A DNA stretch of 62,475 nucleotides, counting the filler, from Parachlamydiales bacterium (GTDB lineage Bacteria > Chlamydiota > Chlamydiia > Chlamydiales > Parachlamydiaceae): assembly GCA_020051075.1 (NCBI GenBank). It is 5 parts of 5 records of this genome, joined end to end, with 100 filler letters (N's around TTAATTAATTAA, not from the genome) between each part and the next. Parts side by side here need not be neighbours in the genome. Positions count along the whole stretch, not along the records: positions 1 to 8,479 come from JAGVJP010000057.1; positions 8,580 to 20,226 come from JAGVJP010000078.1; 3 more parts are not named here. One strand, given 5' to 3'. A model generated the notes under the pieces. The model did not search any database. It saw only the letters and a list, made by a program, of their open reading frames with translations, and was not told the DNA's origin. The translations under genes and the position numbers were made by a program. Each line of letters starts with the position of its first letter. Position 1 is the first letter of the stretch. Of this stretch, positions 1 through 9,402 are shown in pieces.

Positions 1-75
1 CTCATGCATTTTTTATTTACACGAATTCCTTGTAGCTTCTCACAATTAATCTGAAGATAATTATGCAACAACGCC

Positions 76-318
76 CTTCCGCACTCCAAACGCTTCGCGT
101 AACATAAATGTGGCTTCACGAAGCGTTTGGAGTGCGGAAGTCCTCTTCCGCTTTATCGACGAACAGCATTGATAAGAGCTTGTGGATAGATTATAGTTAG
201 TTTTAGGCGATAGCCCGAGCGCTGCGCGAAGGAGTAGAGAAATTCAAAAGACACGAATGTTTCAAAAATTGATCTAGAATAAAGCGAAAGAGGACTTTCG
301 CACTCCAAACGCTTCGCG
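76..318. repeat. REP/MITE-like palindromic element, family A (GGAGTGCG core)
   Basis: Inverted arms C(A/G)CGAAGCGTTTGGAGTGCGGAAGTCCTCTT(C/T)CGCTTTA at 117-155 and 280-318, plus an extra inverted half copy at 76-99; internal sequence very similar to 18863-19103. Confidence 0.85.
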
Positions 319-600
319 CTGAAAAAATGGGTAATGGTAAGGGCGTTGCCCATGGCTGTTGCAGTTTTGAGCCCTTCGGGCTAAAGCAACAATCAGTCCG
401 AAGGATGGGCTATGATATGCCGGCACTTCGTGCCTGAGCAAAAGAGGGTCGATCTAGGCTAGAACAGAGTCGCTCTGTAACGGGGAAGAAAGATATTATC
501 AGATCCAATCCATCCTGACAGGAGGGGGATGTATACACATCAGGCTAACTTCGCTTTTCATCTCAAAAATGATCGTGAACGGGTTAAGCGAACTTTATAG

Positions 601-772
601 AAAGGACAAGGGACGCAAGGGACAAAATATGCACTTAAATGACTAACCATTTGACATAATCTCTTAGACAAGATTTTTGTTACATCTAACAACATTCGTG
701 AGCTCATAATCATTAAGAAGGAAATTCTGTTTGTCCTTTATGTCCCTTTTTAGGTCCCTTTGGTCCCTTCGC
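601..772. repeat. Imperfect inverted repeat built from AAGGGAC/GTCCCTT units
   Basis: aaggacaagggacgcaagggacaaaa ... tttgtcctttatgtccctttttaggtccctttggtccctt; related units at ~40861-40880. Confidence 0.55.
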
Positions 773-775
773 AAA

Positions 776-839
776 GAGGTGAATTTATATCCATGGGTAG
801 ATGGGGGATGTTCTTCTTCTTTGCTTCTTTGCGTTAAAA
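776..839. repeat. Dispersed intergenic repeat (copy at 43124-43195)
   Basis: aatttata...ggggatgttcttct(t/a)ctttgc...ttctttgcgttaaaa shared by both copies, each downstream of a minus-strand gene. Confidence 0.6.
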
Positions 840-856
840 CAAGGCATAAGGAAGAA

Positions 857-2938
857 TTAGCCGAAGCCTGGCTTGCCTAAGTGCCACTTGATGGTAGCGA
901 TCGTAAACGGGATGAGCTCGTTTTTGAAACCGGCCGTGCGGAGGGCTCTGGCTGCCTCTTTAAAGGTGTTGCCGGACCCGATATAGTCATCGAGGATGAC
1001 GATGGCTCCTCTAGGCATCTTAGACGGTGGCTGTGTGGCCACCATCTTCAGATGGACGTTATGATGGCGCTGGTCGTTATTCAATAGCTCTCCCTGACGT
1101 TTGTCTGGGGGGATCTTCCAGGCAAGCAACTCGAGGTTTGCGGGAACACCTAAAAAGTTAGCCAGATACGTTGCCACCTGATCTCTGGCCGTCCATGTTC
1201 TGGAAGGGATTGGAGCAATGCAGGCAATAACACCTCCTGCAACAAGGGTTTTCAAATGCGTTTTTAAGATTGACAGGAGTTCTTCAGCAAGTCCTGGGTG
1301 TTCTGCTAGACTGGCTGTCCGCTCTTTCATGAATTGGATGAACATCGGAGAGCGCAGCTTGCTGTCCAAGAGGCTCAAGCCTGGTGACGTCTTCGTCGCA
1401 TTGATCGAAGCGATGGTTTGAGGACGCCTTTCCAACCATTGATTGATTATCTCGATTTTTTGCGGGACATCGTGCAGCTGCAGCGGAGACTTTTGGCAAC
1501 GATCGCATTGTCCGCACCTGTCGATCTCCTGATCTCCCAATGCCGACCGCAAAAGCGCCATCCGGCACTGATCTGTCAGTTCCCCATAGTCTAACATTCT
1601 CCGCAGCTCTAAGGTCTTCACCTGATATTGGTCGCTATAGCGCGATAAATTTGGGGTGTTAGGATTAGGCAGAAGGGCGTACACTTGAGATCCACTCAGG
1701 CTGTATTTCTTTAAAAACCCCTGTTCTAGCAACTCTGCGATCACAATAGTGACCCGGGTGGGGTGCAAGCCGGTCACCCGTTTGATCGTCGTGAGGTTAG
1801 GCGGCGACTCAGCATCTTTGACGGCATCGATCACAAGATCAAAGTCGCTTGCTTTAGGCTGTGCCGATTCAATGAAATACTCTTGGATTTTCCTGTCTGC
1901 ACGGTCGTATAGAAGAATCCCTTTGGCCAGCTGGCCGTCGCGCCCGCACCGGCCCACCTCTTGGTAGTAGGCTGTAATTGAGCCAGGGATGTCGAAGTGG
2001 ATGATATAGCGGAGATTTCCTTTGTCTATTCCCATCCCCAATGCATTAGTGGCAGCTAACGCTTTATATTTATCTTGAATGAACTCTACCTGAAGCTTCC
2101 GCTTGCTTTCGACGTCGTAGCCTGCATGATAAGCAGTGACGGGGAATCCCTGTTCTTTGAGATAGCCTGCAACGAGTTCGGTATTTTCTCGCGTGGCGCA
2201 GTAGATCAGTCCGCAGCCTTCCAGCTGTTTGAGGAGCTCTTCGCAGGCAGCGAGTTTATAGGCTATCCCTCTGGTATTGATGGCGAGGAGCTGGATGTTG
2301 GGGCGGTTCATCGTTTCCCTCAATACAGCGACGTCTTGCCCTTCTAGCGTCAGCTGTTTCGAGATGTCTTTTTCGACTCGTGAATCAGCTGTGGCTGTGA
2401 GTCCAAGGATTTTGATGTGGGGATTTTTCTGATGGGAGGCTTGTACAAATTTGATGATCTGGCGGTAGCTGGGGCGGAAATCATGTCCCCATGTCGAAAT
2501 GCAGTGCGCTTCGTCGACAACGAGTAATTTGACGTCTAAGTTGAGAAGGAAATCGAATTTGTCAACATGGTCTAGCTGTTCTGGCGCGACGAAGAGGACT
2601 TGCACCATTTCGTTTTTGACGGCTTCGCGGGCGATGAAGTTCTCTTCATCGGTTTGGTCGCTGTTTATCGATGCGGCCTGGATTCCAAAACGATGACGAA
2701 GTTGGTCGATCTGATCGCGCATCAATGCCAGCAGGGGGGACAGCACGATCGTCACTCCACCTAGAAGGCAGGAGGGGAGCTGGTATAATAGCGATTTCCC
2801 ATGCCCTGTAGGCTGGATGCATAGGACTCTTCCCTTGGTCATCAGCTCTGTTATGGCTTCGCGCTGTCCTGGGCGAAATTCATTAAATCCAAAAGTCTTG
2901 CGAAGGGTCGTTAAAAGTGTATTGTCGAGTACTTCCAT
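857..2938 (-). CDS. RecQ-family ATP-dependent DNA helicase with C-terminal phosphoribosyltransferase-like domain (RqlH-like)
   Basis: QPTGHGKS, VVDEAHCISTWGHDFRP, ATNALGMGID, YYQEVGRCGRDG, Zn motif CR...CGQCDRC, C-terminal PRPP-loop VILDDYIGSGNT. Confidence 0.9.
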   Translation of the reverse strand: MEVLDNTLLTTLRKTFGFNEFRPGQREAITELMTKGRVLCIQPTGHGKSLLYQLPSCLLGGVTIVLSPLLALMRDQIDQLRHRFGIQAASINSDQTDEENFIAREAVKNEMVQVLFVAPEQLDHVDKFDFLLNLDVKLLVVDEAHCISTWGHDFRPSYRQIIKFVQASHQKNPHIKILGLTATADSRVEKDISKQLTLEGQDVAVLRETMNRPNIQLLAINTRGIAYKLAACEELLKQLEGCGLIYCATRENTELVAGYLKEQGFPVTAYHAGYDVESKRKLQVEFIQDKYKALAATNALGMGIDKGNLRYIIHFDIPGSITAYYQEVGRCGRDGQLAKGILLYDRADRKIQEYFIESAQPKASDFDLVIDAVKDAESPPNLTTIKRVTGLHPTRVTIVIAELLEQGFLKKYSLSGSQVYALLPNPNTPNLSRYSDQYQVKTLELRRMLDYGELTDQCRMALLRSALGDQEIDRCGQCDRCQKSPLQLHDVPQKIEIINQWLERRPQTIASINATKTSPGLSLLDSKLRSPMFIQFMKERTASLAEHPGLAEELLSILKTHLKTLVAGGVIACIAPIPSRTWTARDQVATYLANFLGVPANLELLAWKIPPDKRQGELLNNDQRHHNVHLKMVATQPPSKMPRGAIVILDDYIGSGNTFKEAARALRTAGFKNELIPFTIATIKWHLGKPGFG

Positions 2939-3012
2939 GTCAATCTCTCTGTAAAGTGAAGGGATGACATGGAAGCATATTCAATGGTTATATTTCTATC
3001 AACACTTAATTT

Positions 3013-3618
3013 TTATAAATCGTGTAATACTGATCCAACACCAGTTTCATTGATGTCTTGGTATCCTTTATTTAGTCCGTTTTCAAACCCTCGTTGATAG
3101 CGCTTGTTGGTGTATTTTGTAAAGAAAGCGACCATATTAGCTTTGGACATGGGACGTGCAAAGGTATATTTCCCTGTTGCTCTATTCACAATGACGTAGG
3201 GAAACTGTGTAACGATGTCTTCATGGGCCTTTAAGAAGTTGAAGACAGAGTCTTCATCATCATCGCCTAGATCTTGGTCTAGTAACCATTGAATGTGATC
3301 GATAGCAAAGGGCGTTGGGTTTTCCCAATCTTCTAAGCGAAAGGCAAATAGGGGTTCTTTTGAATCAGGCGTCCTCCTAACCATGGGAGGAGAGACAATT
3401 TCCCAGTCTGGTCCGTCGATCATGACTAAGAGTGCTGTGGGAAGGCTGTCGTCATGGTATAGCGTTTCTGAGGTATAATACATCGTCTCAGCACGAATTT
3501 CTTTTGATTTATTGGATTCAGTGGATTCAGTGGATTCAGTGGATTCAGTGGCCCCGACAAATGGTGATACAAATGGAAGACAAATTGTAATAAGGGCGAT
3601 TAAAAATTTGCTAGACAT
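3013..3618 (-). CDS. Hypothetical protein with N-terminal signal peptide and (TES)4 repeat
   Basis: 201-aa ORF, hydrophobic leader MSSKFLIALITICLPFVSPFVGA, GAGG RBS upstream. Confidence 0.7.
   Translation of the reverse strand: MSSKFLIALITICLPFVSPFVGATESTESTESTESNKSKEIRAETMYYTSETLYHDDSLPTALLVMIDGPDWEIVSPPMVRRTPDSKEPLFAFRLEDWENPTPFAIDHIQWLLDQDLGDDDEDSVFNFLKAHEDIVTQFPYVIVNRATGKYTFARPMSKANMVAFFTKYTNKRYQRGFENGLNKGYQDINETGVGSVLHDL
3513..3548. repeat. 9-nt tandem repeat x4 (in-frame TES repeat)
   Basis: TGGATTCAG at 3513, 3522, 3531, 3540. Confidence 0.9.
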
Positions 3619-3733
3619 GTGAACCTCACGATTAATAAAAAATTATACACTTATTATATAACCTATTAAAAATTATTTCAATCAAAATCTGAAAAATAGC
3701 GGGGGTATTTGAGGACAATAGAAGCAATAATAG

Positions 3734-3862
3734 ACTCTAAATGGACTGATATGGACTATATGGACTAATATGGACATGTTGTGTGCTTAATCAATCTAAT
3801 TTTCGTCCATATAGTCCATACCTGTCCATATAGTCCATATCAGTCCATTGTCCATTTAGAGT
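3734..3862. repeat. Palindromic element of ATGGAC/GTCCAT units (family C)
   Basis: Terminal inverted ACTCTAAATGGAC...GTCCATTTAGAGT; related copy at 28441-28540 shares the central gtgct(t/c)aatcaa(t/c)ctaatttt. Confidence 0.8.
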
Positions 3863-3954
3863 TTTGCCATAAAAATCCTTTAGCTAAAAATCTCTATTTT
3901 TGTGTAAATTGTAATCGCCTTCAATCCAATAAATTTCCATCAGAGAGGAATAAA

Positions 3955-4611
3955 ATGCTTAGAGCTGTGCTATTGACCATCTGTTTAACGTTAACATCTC
4001 TTTACGGTTCCGAGACTGTGATTGTCGGAATTTCAGGAGGGACTGGATCTGGTAAAACGACGTTGGCTCGCAAAATTGAACGGGTTCTTGGTGAAGAGGT
4101 CGCTCTCATCCAACAGGATTCCTATTACAAAGATCTTTTTCACCTTACGCCAGAAGAGCGAGATGTCGTCAACTTCGACCATCCAGCTGCCATCGACTTT
4201 AATTTATTAAGGCAGGACTTAATCAACCTAAGAAATGGACGTAAAATTCAGAAACCGATTTACAATTTCAAGACTCACACTCGCGAGGCAATGACTGAAG
4301 AAGTGGAACCTCGAAGGATCCTGATTGTTGATGGCATTTTGATCTTGACAGTTCCTGAGATACGAGAACTTCTTGATATCAAAATTTATGTCGATAACGC
4401 TGACGATATCAGACTTCTAAGGAGAATTGAGCGAGACATTTTAGAGCGTGGACGTGATTTTAACGGAATCAAGGAGCAATACATGTCAACAGTTAAGCCG
4501 ATGCATGACAGATTTGTCGAGCCAAGTAAGTGGCATGCCGATGTCATCATCCCGTCGACGACTGAAAACGACGTTGGTATCGACTTGATTATCTCGCAAC
4601 TTAAACGGTAG
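3955..4611 (+). CDS. udk: Uridine kinase (with N-terminal hydrophobic, signal-like leader)
   Basis: GISGGTGSGKTT, QDSYY, NFDHP, RRIERDILERGR, VKPMHDRFVEPSK; ATG 3955 follows GAGGA; the upstream ORF extension runs through a repeat. Confidence 0.92.
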   Translation: MLRAVLLTICLTLTSLYGSETVIVGISGGTGSGKTTLARKIERVLGEEVALIQQDSYYKDLFHLTPEERDVVNFDHPAAIDFNLLRQDLINLRNGRKIQKPIYNFKTHTREAMTEEVEPRRILIVDGILILTVPEIRELLDIKIYVDNADDIRLLRRIERDILERGRDFNGIKEQYMSTVKPMHDRFVEPSKWHADVIIPSTTENDVGIDLIISQLKR

Positions 4612-4648
4612 CTAGTCCCTTAAGCGTAAATCGCATTCAAGGAGGTCT

Positions 4649-6652
4649 ATGGAAATCACATTGATTAATGATTTGCTGATCATTTTAGCCGTTTCCATTC
4701 TTATCATTCTCCTTGGACATCGACTCCATATCCCACCAGTTGTGGGATTTATCTTAACAGGGATGCTGGCGGGGCCTCATGCTTTGGGGTTGATTTCACA
4801 GACGGAAGATGTTGAGCACCTTGCAGAGCTTGGCATCGTCCTTTTGATGTTTGGCATTGGAATGGAGTTTTCGTTAAAGAAATTGGTTCAGATTAGGCGC
4901 CTTTTTCTGATCGGGGGGTCTATCCAGGTTGGCGTGACCGTCGTTTTGGCTGCTGCGATTGCAAGCTTATGGGATAAACCTTGGTGCGAGTCGTTTTTCA
5001 TTGGCTGCCTCGTGTCCATGAGCAGCACTGCGATTATCTTCCGAATCTTAGAAAGCAATGGCACCTCGTTGACGCCTCATGGGAGGTTGTCTATCTCGAT
5101 ATTAATTTTCCAAGATATGATTGCGATCCCGATGATTTTGCTTACTCCGCTATTGGGTAAAAACAGTGGTGGCGGGAATGAATTCTCGATCATCCTTAAC
5201 CTCGTCAAAGAGCTGGCTATCGTTGCAATCGTGTTTTTAAGTGCGCAAAAGATCGTTCCTCGCCTGTTGTTACTCGTTGCCAGAACGAGAAACAAAGAGC
5301 TTTTTCTTCTTTGTGTATTGACCCTTTGCTTTGCTGTTGCTGGACTGACATCAAGCATTGGCCTTTCGTTGACGATAGGAGCTTTTTTAGCAGGGGTGAT
5401 CATCTCCGAATCAGAGTTCAGCAACGAAGCAATCAGCAATGTTTTCCCTTTTCAGGCGCTCTTTATCAGCTTTTTCTTCATTTCAGTAGGGATGTTGTTA
5501 GACCTTGAATTTGCTTTAGGCAATGCGCCTCAAATCCTTCTATTCACCACCCTTGCTCTCAGTGTGAAATTAGTTTCTGCCTCCTTAGCTGCTATTGTCC
5601 TTGGCTTTCCCATTCGGGTGGCGCTATTGGTTGGGTTCACCCTGTGTCAGATAGGGGAGTTTTCTTTTGTCCTTGCAAAAGCGGGGAGTGCCAACGAGCT
5701 GACGACAGACTATAGCTATCAGTTATTCCTTTCTGTTGCTTTGTTGAGCATGATCATCAGCCCAATCCTGATCAGCCTTGCCCCTCGTTTCGCTGCCTGG
5801 TTTGCGAAATTGCCCTTGCCTAATATCCTCTTGCAAGGGTTTTATCCTCCTGCGCAAGAAGAGGTCAGACAGTTAGAAAATCATATCATCATCATTGGTT
5901 TTGGGATAAGCGGTCAAAATCTCGCCCGCGTGTCTAAGCTAGCAGGGATTCCCTATTTGGTATTGGAGATGAACCCTGATACTGTACGCCAGGAGAAGAA
6001 AAAGGGCGAGCCGATACAATATGGCGATGCGACCCATCTTTCGATCTTAGAGCATTTAAACATCCTCCAGGCTAGAGCTGTGGCTATTATGATTAATGAT
6101 CCGGTAGCCGCCAGGTGCATCGTGAAGGTCGCTCGAGAGGCCAATCCGCTTTTATACATCATCGTCAGGACCCGATATGTCGTCGAAATGCCACTCATGT
6201 TAAAATTGGGGGCTGATGAAGTGATTCCAGATGAATTCGGTTCTTCTGTTGAGATATTTTCCCGGGTTTTAAATCAGTATCATATTCCAGAAGCTGAAAT
6301 CAATGCATTTATCCATGACATCCGCTCAGATGGGTATGAGCTCTTTAGAAATAAAAATCCCGTCTCCACAAAACTGGCTGATATTAAATTGAATCTTGCA
6401 AATGTTGAAATCTCGTCGTTTCGACTTCAAGAGTCCTCTTTTCTTGTCGGGAAGAAGTTGTCAGAGTCTTGCTTACGAACTACTTATGGCATGAACGTTC
6501 TCCTCATCAACAGGGGAGGCAGCATCGTGCCGAATCCGTCCCCTGACACAATATTTCAGAGTGGGGATGTCGTTGTCGTCGTTGGCAAAAAAGTTCCTAC
6601 AGCTGAAACCGATGAGATTTTCGGTTCTTTGAAGCCTTCTCCCACTGCATAG
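4649..6652 (+). CDS. CPA2 monovalent cation:proton antiporter (KefB/KefC-like) with TrkA-N and TrkA-C domains
   Basis: Multi-TM N-terminus (LAELGIVLLMFGIGMEFS, LIFQD, QIGEFSFVL), Rossmann IIIGFGISG, YGDAT, C-terminal RCK-C. Confidence 0.9.
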   Translation: MEITLINDLLIILAVSILIILLGHRLHIPPVVGFILTGMLAGPHALGLISQTEDVEHLAELGIVLLMFGIGMEFSLKKLVQIRRLFLIGGSIQVGVTVVLAAAIASLWDKPWCESFFIGCLVSMSSTAIIFRILESNGTSLTPHGRLSISILIFQDMIAIPMILLTPLLGKNSGGGNEFSIILNLVKELAIVAIVFLSAQKIVPRLLLLVARTRNKELFLLCVLTLCFAVAGLTSSIGLSLTIGAFLAGVIISESEFSNEAISNVFPFQALFISFFFISVGMLLDLEFALGNAPQILLFTTLALSVKLVSASLAAIVLGFPIRVALLVGFTLCQIGEFSFVLAKAGSANELTTDYSYQLFLSVALLSMIISPILISLAPRFAAWFAKLPLPNILLQGFYPPAQEEVRQLENHIIIIGFGISGQNLARVSKLAGIPYLVLEMNPDTVRQEKKKGEPIQYGDATHLSILEHLNILQARAVAIMINDPVAARCIVKVAREANPLLYIIVRTRYVVEMPLMLKLGADEVIPDEFGSSVEIFSRVLNQYHIPEAEINAFIHDIRSDGYELFRNKNPVSTKLADIKLNLANVEISSFRLQESSFLVGKKLSESCLRTTYGMNVLLINRGGSIVPNPSPDTIFQSGDVVVVVGKKVPTAETDEIFGSLKPSPTA

Positions 6653-6691
6653 GACCTATCATTAACATTCCTATACCCAATATGTTTTCCT

Positions 6692-7633
6692 ATGTCTAAA
6701 TTTCCTAAACCGCTCGCTCTTCCAGAAAAAGTTATTTATTCACGCATAGAACGGAATAGACAGGTTGTTCAGGCGGCATTCTTTGGGATCAAATTCAGGG
6801 CTTTCGTCATCCTGTTTGAAATGGTTGGCTTCTTGTTGATCAACAGCTCTACCCTTTTTTTGGATGCTGTTGCCAGTCTGATGGATGTTGTGTCGAGCAT
6901 TCTTCTCATCATCTGTATCAAACTTGCTCAAAGACCGCCTGATCAGAATCATCCGTTTGGACATGGCCGTTACGAGCCTCTTGGGGGGCTCCTGTTAGGA
7001 CTTTTCTTTATCATTCTCGGCGGTGTAATGTTCTCGCAGCAAATTTTGGGAACGATTCAACATCCAAACGATGTGAAAATCGCTCCAACAGGCTGGCTTT
7101 TTGCTGCCGTTGCGATGATTGTTTTAGAGTTTGCCTATCGGAGGATGATGAAAATTGCCAAAAGAGAAGAAAGTCCAGCTCTCGCCGCCGAAGCGATTCA
7201 TTATCGGATCGACAGTCTGACGAGTCTCCTCGCAACGTTGGCGCTTTTAACCGCTGCTTTTATTCCTGAATGGAGCCATCTCGTCGATCACATTGGGGCG
7301 ATTGCCATTTCGCTGTTTATGATCATCATCGGGTTATTCGCCTCGCGCGATAATTTTCATCAACTGATGGACAGGATTCCTTCCAACGAGTATTTTAATC
7401 GTGTGAGGAATGCAGCGAGGGGAGTGCAGGGCGTTGAGGGGACAGAGAAAATCAACATCCAGCAGTATGGACCCGATGCGCATGTTGATATTGACATCGA
7501 AGTGAATCCCCGGTTATCTGTTGATAAAGCACATCAAATCAGTCAGCGTGTGCGGGTCGAAATACAGAAAGCTTGGCCCGCGGTCCGCGATGTGACGGTG
7601 CACGTAGAACCTTATTACGCGAATGATCACTAA
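6692..7633 (+). CDS. Cation diffusion facilitator (FieF-like) transporter
   Basis: PPDQNHPFGHGRYE, AEAIHYRID, C-terminal ZT_dimer region VDIDIEV...AHQIS...VHVEP. Confidence 0.9.
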   Translation: MSKFPKPLALPEKVIYSRIERNRQVVQAAFFGIKFRAFVILFEMVGFLLINSSTLFLDAVASLMDVVSSILLIICIKLAQRPPDQNHPFGHGRYEPLGGLLLGLFFIILGGVMFSQQILGTIQHPNDVKIAPTGWLFAAVAMIVLEFAYRRMMKIAKREESPALAAEAIHYRIDSLTSLLATLALLTAAFIPEWSHLVDHIGAIAISLFMIIIGLFASRDNFHQLMDRIPSNEYFNRVRNAARGVQGVEGTEKINIQQYGPDAHVDIDIEVNPRLSVDKAHQISQRVRVEIQKAWPAVRDVTVHVEPYYANDH

Positions 7634-7639
7634 AGGACG

Positions 7640-8209
7640 ATGATGAGAATTATTCAGATGATGAAGTCAATTCTAGAGGGGATTGTTGCCGTGGCGGGGG
7701 CCTTTGTGATGAGCCAGCTGCCCATCTTTATGCAGCAATATATGCAGCGGTTGGGTGGACATGTCGAAGAGCTCACTGGGTTGTTGAACTCCCTCCAGCA
7801 GAATGCTACTCTGTCGAATAAAACCTTAGCTGAGTACATTCAGAAGTTTCGCACAAATGACGACCCCGATTTCGCTTTGCAAGGAGAATTTATGAGCGGT
7901 ATTGCCACTCGTTGGCAATCGCTTAAAGATCTGCTTGATCAGCTGACGCAAAGCACCTTATGGGAAAAGCCTTTTGTCTTTTTTAAAGGATTGCAAGGCT
8001 CCATTTTTCATTCTACCCTTGAGAACTTCCAGCCAGGAATCAATTTAACAGCTGAGGGGTTGATTTATGCAGGGGTGGGCATTCTTCTCGCTCTTGCGAT
8101 TTATCACCTCATCCTGAATGGATTAAAGGCTTTGGGGCGGTTATTCTTCGGGGGACGAAGCGAGAAACAGAATAGGCAGGATAGTCAAAATTGTAACTTC
8201 CCAGCATAG
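7640..8209 (+). CDS. DUF2937-like membrane protein
   Basis: SQLPIFMQQYMQRLGGHVEEL motif; N- and C-terminal TM segments. Confidence 0.7.
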   Translation: MMRIIQMMKSILEGIVAVAGAFVMSQLPIFMQQYMQRLGGHVEELTGLLNSLQQNATLSNKTLAEYIQKFRTNDDPDFALQGEFMSGIATRWQSLKDLLDQLTQSTLWEKPFVFFKGLQGSIFHSTLENFQPGINLTAEGLIYAGVGILLALAIYHLILNGLKALGRLFFGGRSEKQNRQDSQNCNFPA

Positions 8210-8258
8210 AAAAACAGGATAGATAGGATCGCTTCGCGGTAGGATAGATAGGATAAGA
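8166..8258. repeat. Half copy of family B repeat (CAGGATAG / GATCGCTTCGCGG)
   Basis: acaggatagataggatcgcttcgcggtaggatag matches the arms at 23086 and 38754. Confidence 0.7.
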
Positions 8259-8357
8259 AGGATTGACATTGAATACTGGTTTTTTTCTATAACTTTTGTA
8301 TAAAAAAGGCGAGGAGTTATTTCCTGGAGTGAAAGATTTTTCTGAGATTTGGGACAG

Positions 8358-8479
8358 ATCTTAATCTACTCACAGGTTTTTCCCAAAATTGATCATCGAA
8401 AAGCGGAAGAGGGCTTCCGCACTCCAAACGCTTCGCGTATTCAAGACGATTCGTTGGATACGGGAAGCGTTTGGAGTGC
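8358..8479. repeat. Family A REP element at contig end
   Basis: aaagcggaagagggcttccgcactccaaacgcttcgcg ... gaagcgtttggagtgc runs into the gap; its left part resembles 9465-9511. Confidence 0.8.
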
Positions 8480-8579
8480 NNNNNNNNNNNNNNNNNNNNN
8501 NNNNNNNNNNNNNNNNNNNNNNNTTAATTAATTAANNNNNNNNNNNNNNNNNNNNNNNNNNNNNNNNNNNNNNNNNNNN
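8480..8579. other. Artificial contig linker (N44-TTAATTAATTAA-N44)
   Basis: Same 100-nt linker occurs four times in the window. Confidence 0.98.
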
Positions 8580-8910
8580 AATAGAGACATAATCGACCTT
8601 TGAGCTTAAAAAGTTGCCCAAAGTTTACGAAATCAAATTTTAATTCTCCTCTAAAAAATGCTCAGCGGGAATTGCTGGTTATACATTATCTGATTTTTAG
8701 TATTTTATACTAAAATTTAATTAAATATTAATACTAATATTAATTAATTGTTAAATATTAGATTGATTATGTTTTTATAATCTAAATAATAAGTAATTAT
8801 AATAGCTGTTAGGCCATGAAGCTGGTCTTGAGCTAGCGCAAGCCATCAAAAAGGGACGATGTGAGGATTCTCGCGAGGGAACTCTCAAAGAATACCAAGA
8901 CTACCATGCG

Positions 8911-9381
8911 GTGTACCGAGACATTCCTTTAAACGACGATTTGCTAAAAAAAATCCAACAAAAAGAACTTAAAGCATTCTGTGACACAAATAACCTCTCC
9001 ATTGAAACAGCGCTGCATGAAATGTGTTATAGTGGTCAGTTGGATAAAGTGAGGCGGTTGTTAGACCTTGGCGTTGATATTAATAGAATAGTTGAAGGGA
9101 TCAAACCTCTCTACAGTGCTTGCATGGAGGGCAGAATAGATGTGGTAAAAGTGTTGTTAGAATACAAAGCTGATTTGTATGGAGCTCTTACATATGCTTC
9201 TGCCTATGGGCATCTAGCTATTGTCCAACTTTTATTGGAGAAAGGCGCTGATCCGCGCCAATCTGAAACGACAGAAGGACAGACACCGTTGGACTATGCG
9301 AATCAATATCAACACCTCGCCATCGTGAATTTGTTGACAGATTGGATAGCTAAACATCCGCTTCCAGCCACCCCTCAATAA
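8911..9381 (+). CDS. Ankyrin repeat protein (possibly 5'-truncated)
   Basis: TALHEMC, KPLYSAC, ALTYASAYGH, GQTPLDYA repeats; frame is open back to ~8806 without an ATG. Confidence 0.75.
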   Translation: MYRDIPLNDDLLKKIQQKELKAFCDTNNLSIETALHEMCYSGQLDKVRRLLDLGVDINRIVEGIKPLYSACMEGRIDVVKVLLEYKADLYGALTYASAYGHLAIVQLLLEKGADPRQSETTEGQTPLDYANQYQHLAIVNLLTDWIAKHPLPATPQ

Positions 9382-9402
9382 TATGCGTCGTAATGTTCCT
9401 TA

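Noticed and set aside
153..353. Short ORFs 153..353, 8349..8531, 9445..9690, 18688..19093, 40654..40911 sharing RTPNASR/RLECGSPL peptides
   Set aside because: Translations of the family A repeat, not genes
881..2696. Numerous short antisense or overlapping ORFs inside long genes (here and throughout the window)
   Set aside because: Shadow frames of well-supported CDSs with no independent evidence
3781..3954. N-terminal extensions in the ORF track (udk from 3781, J-ANK from 12390, TrmH from 40554)
   Set aside because: They run through a repeat or overlap neighbouring genes; downstream ATGs have RBS or coupling support
8480..8579. TTAATTAATTAA motif within N runs (also 20227, 40606, 56884)
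   Set aside because: Artificial stop-codon linker used to concatenate contigs, not a biological repeat
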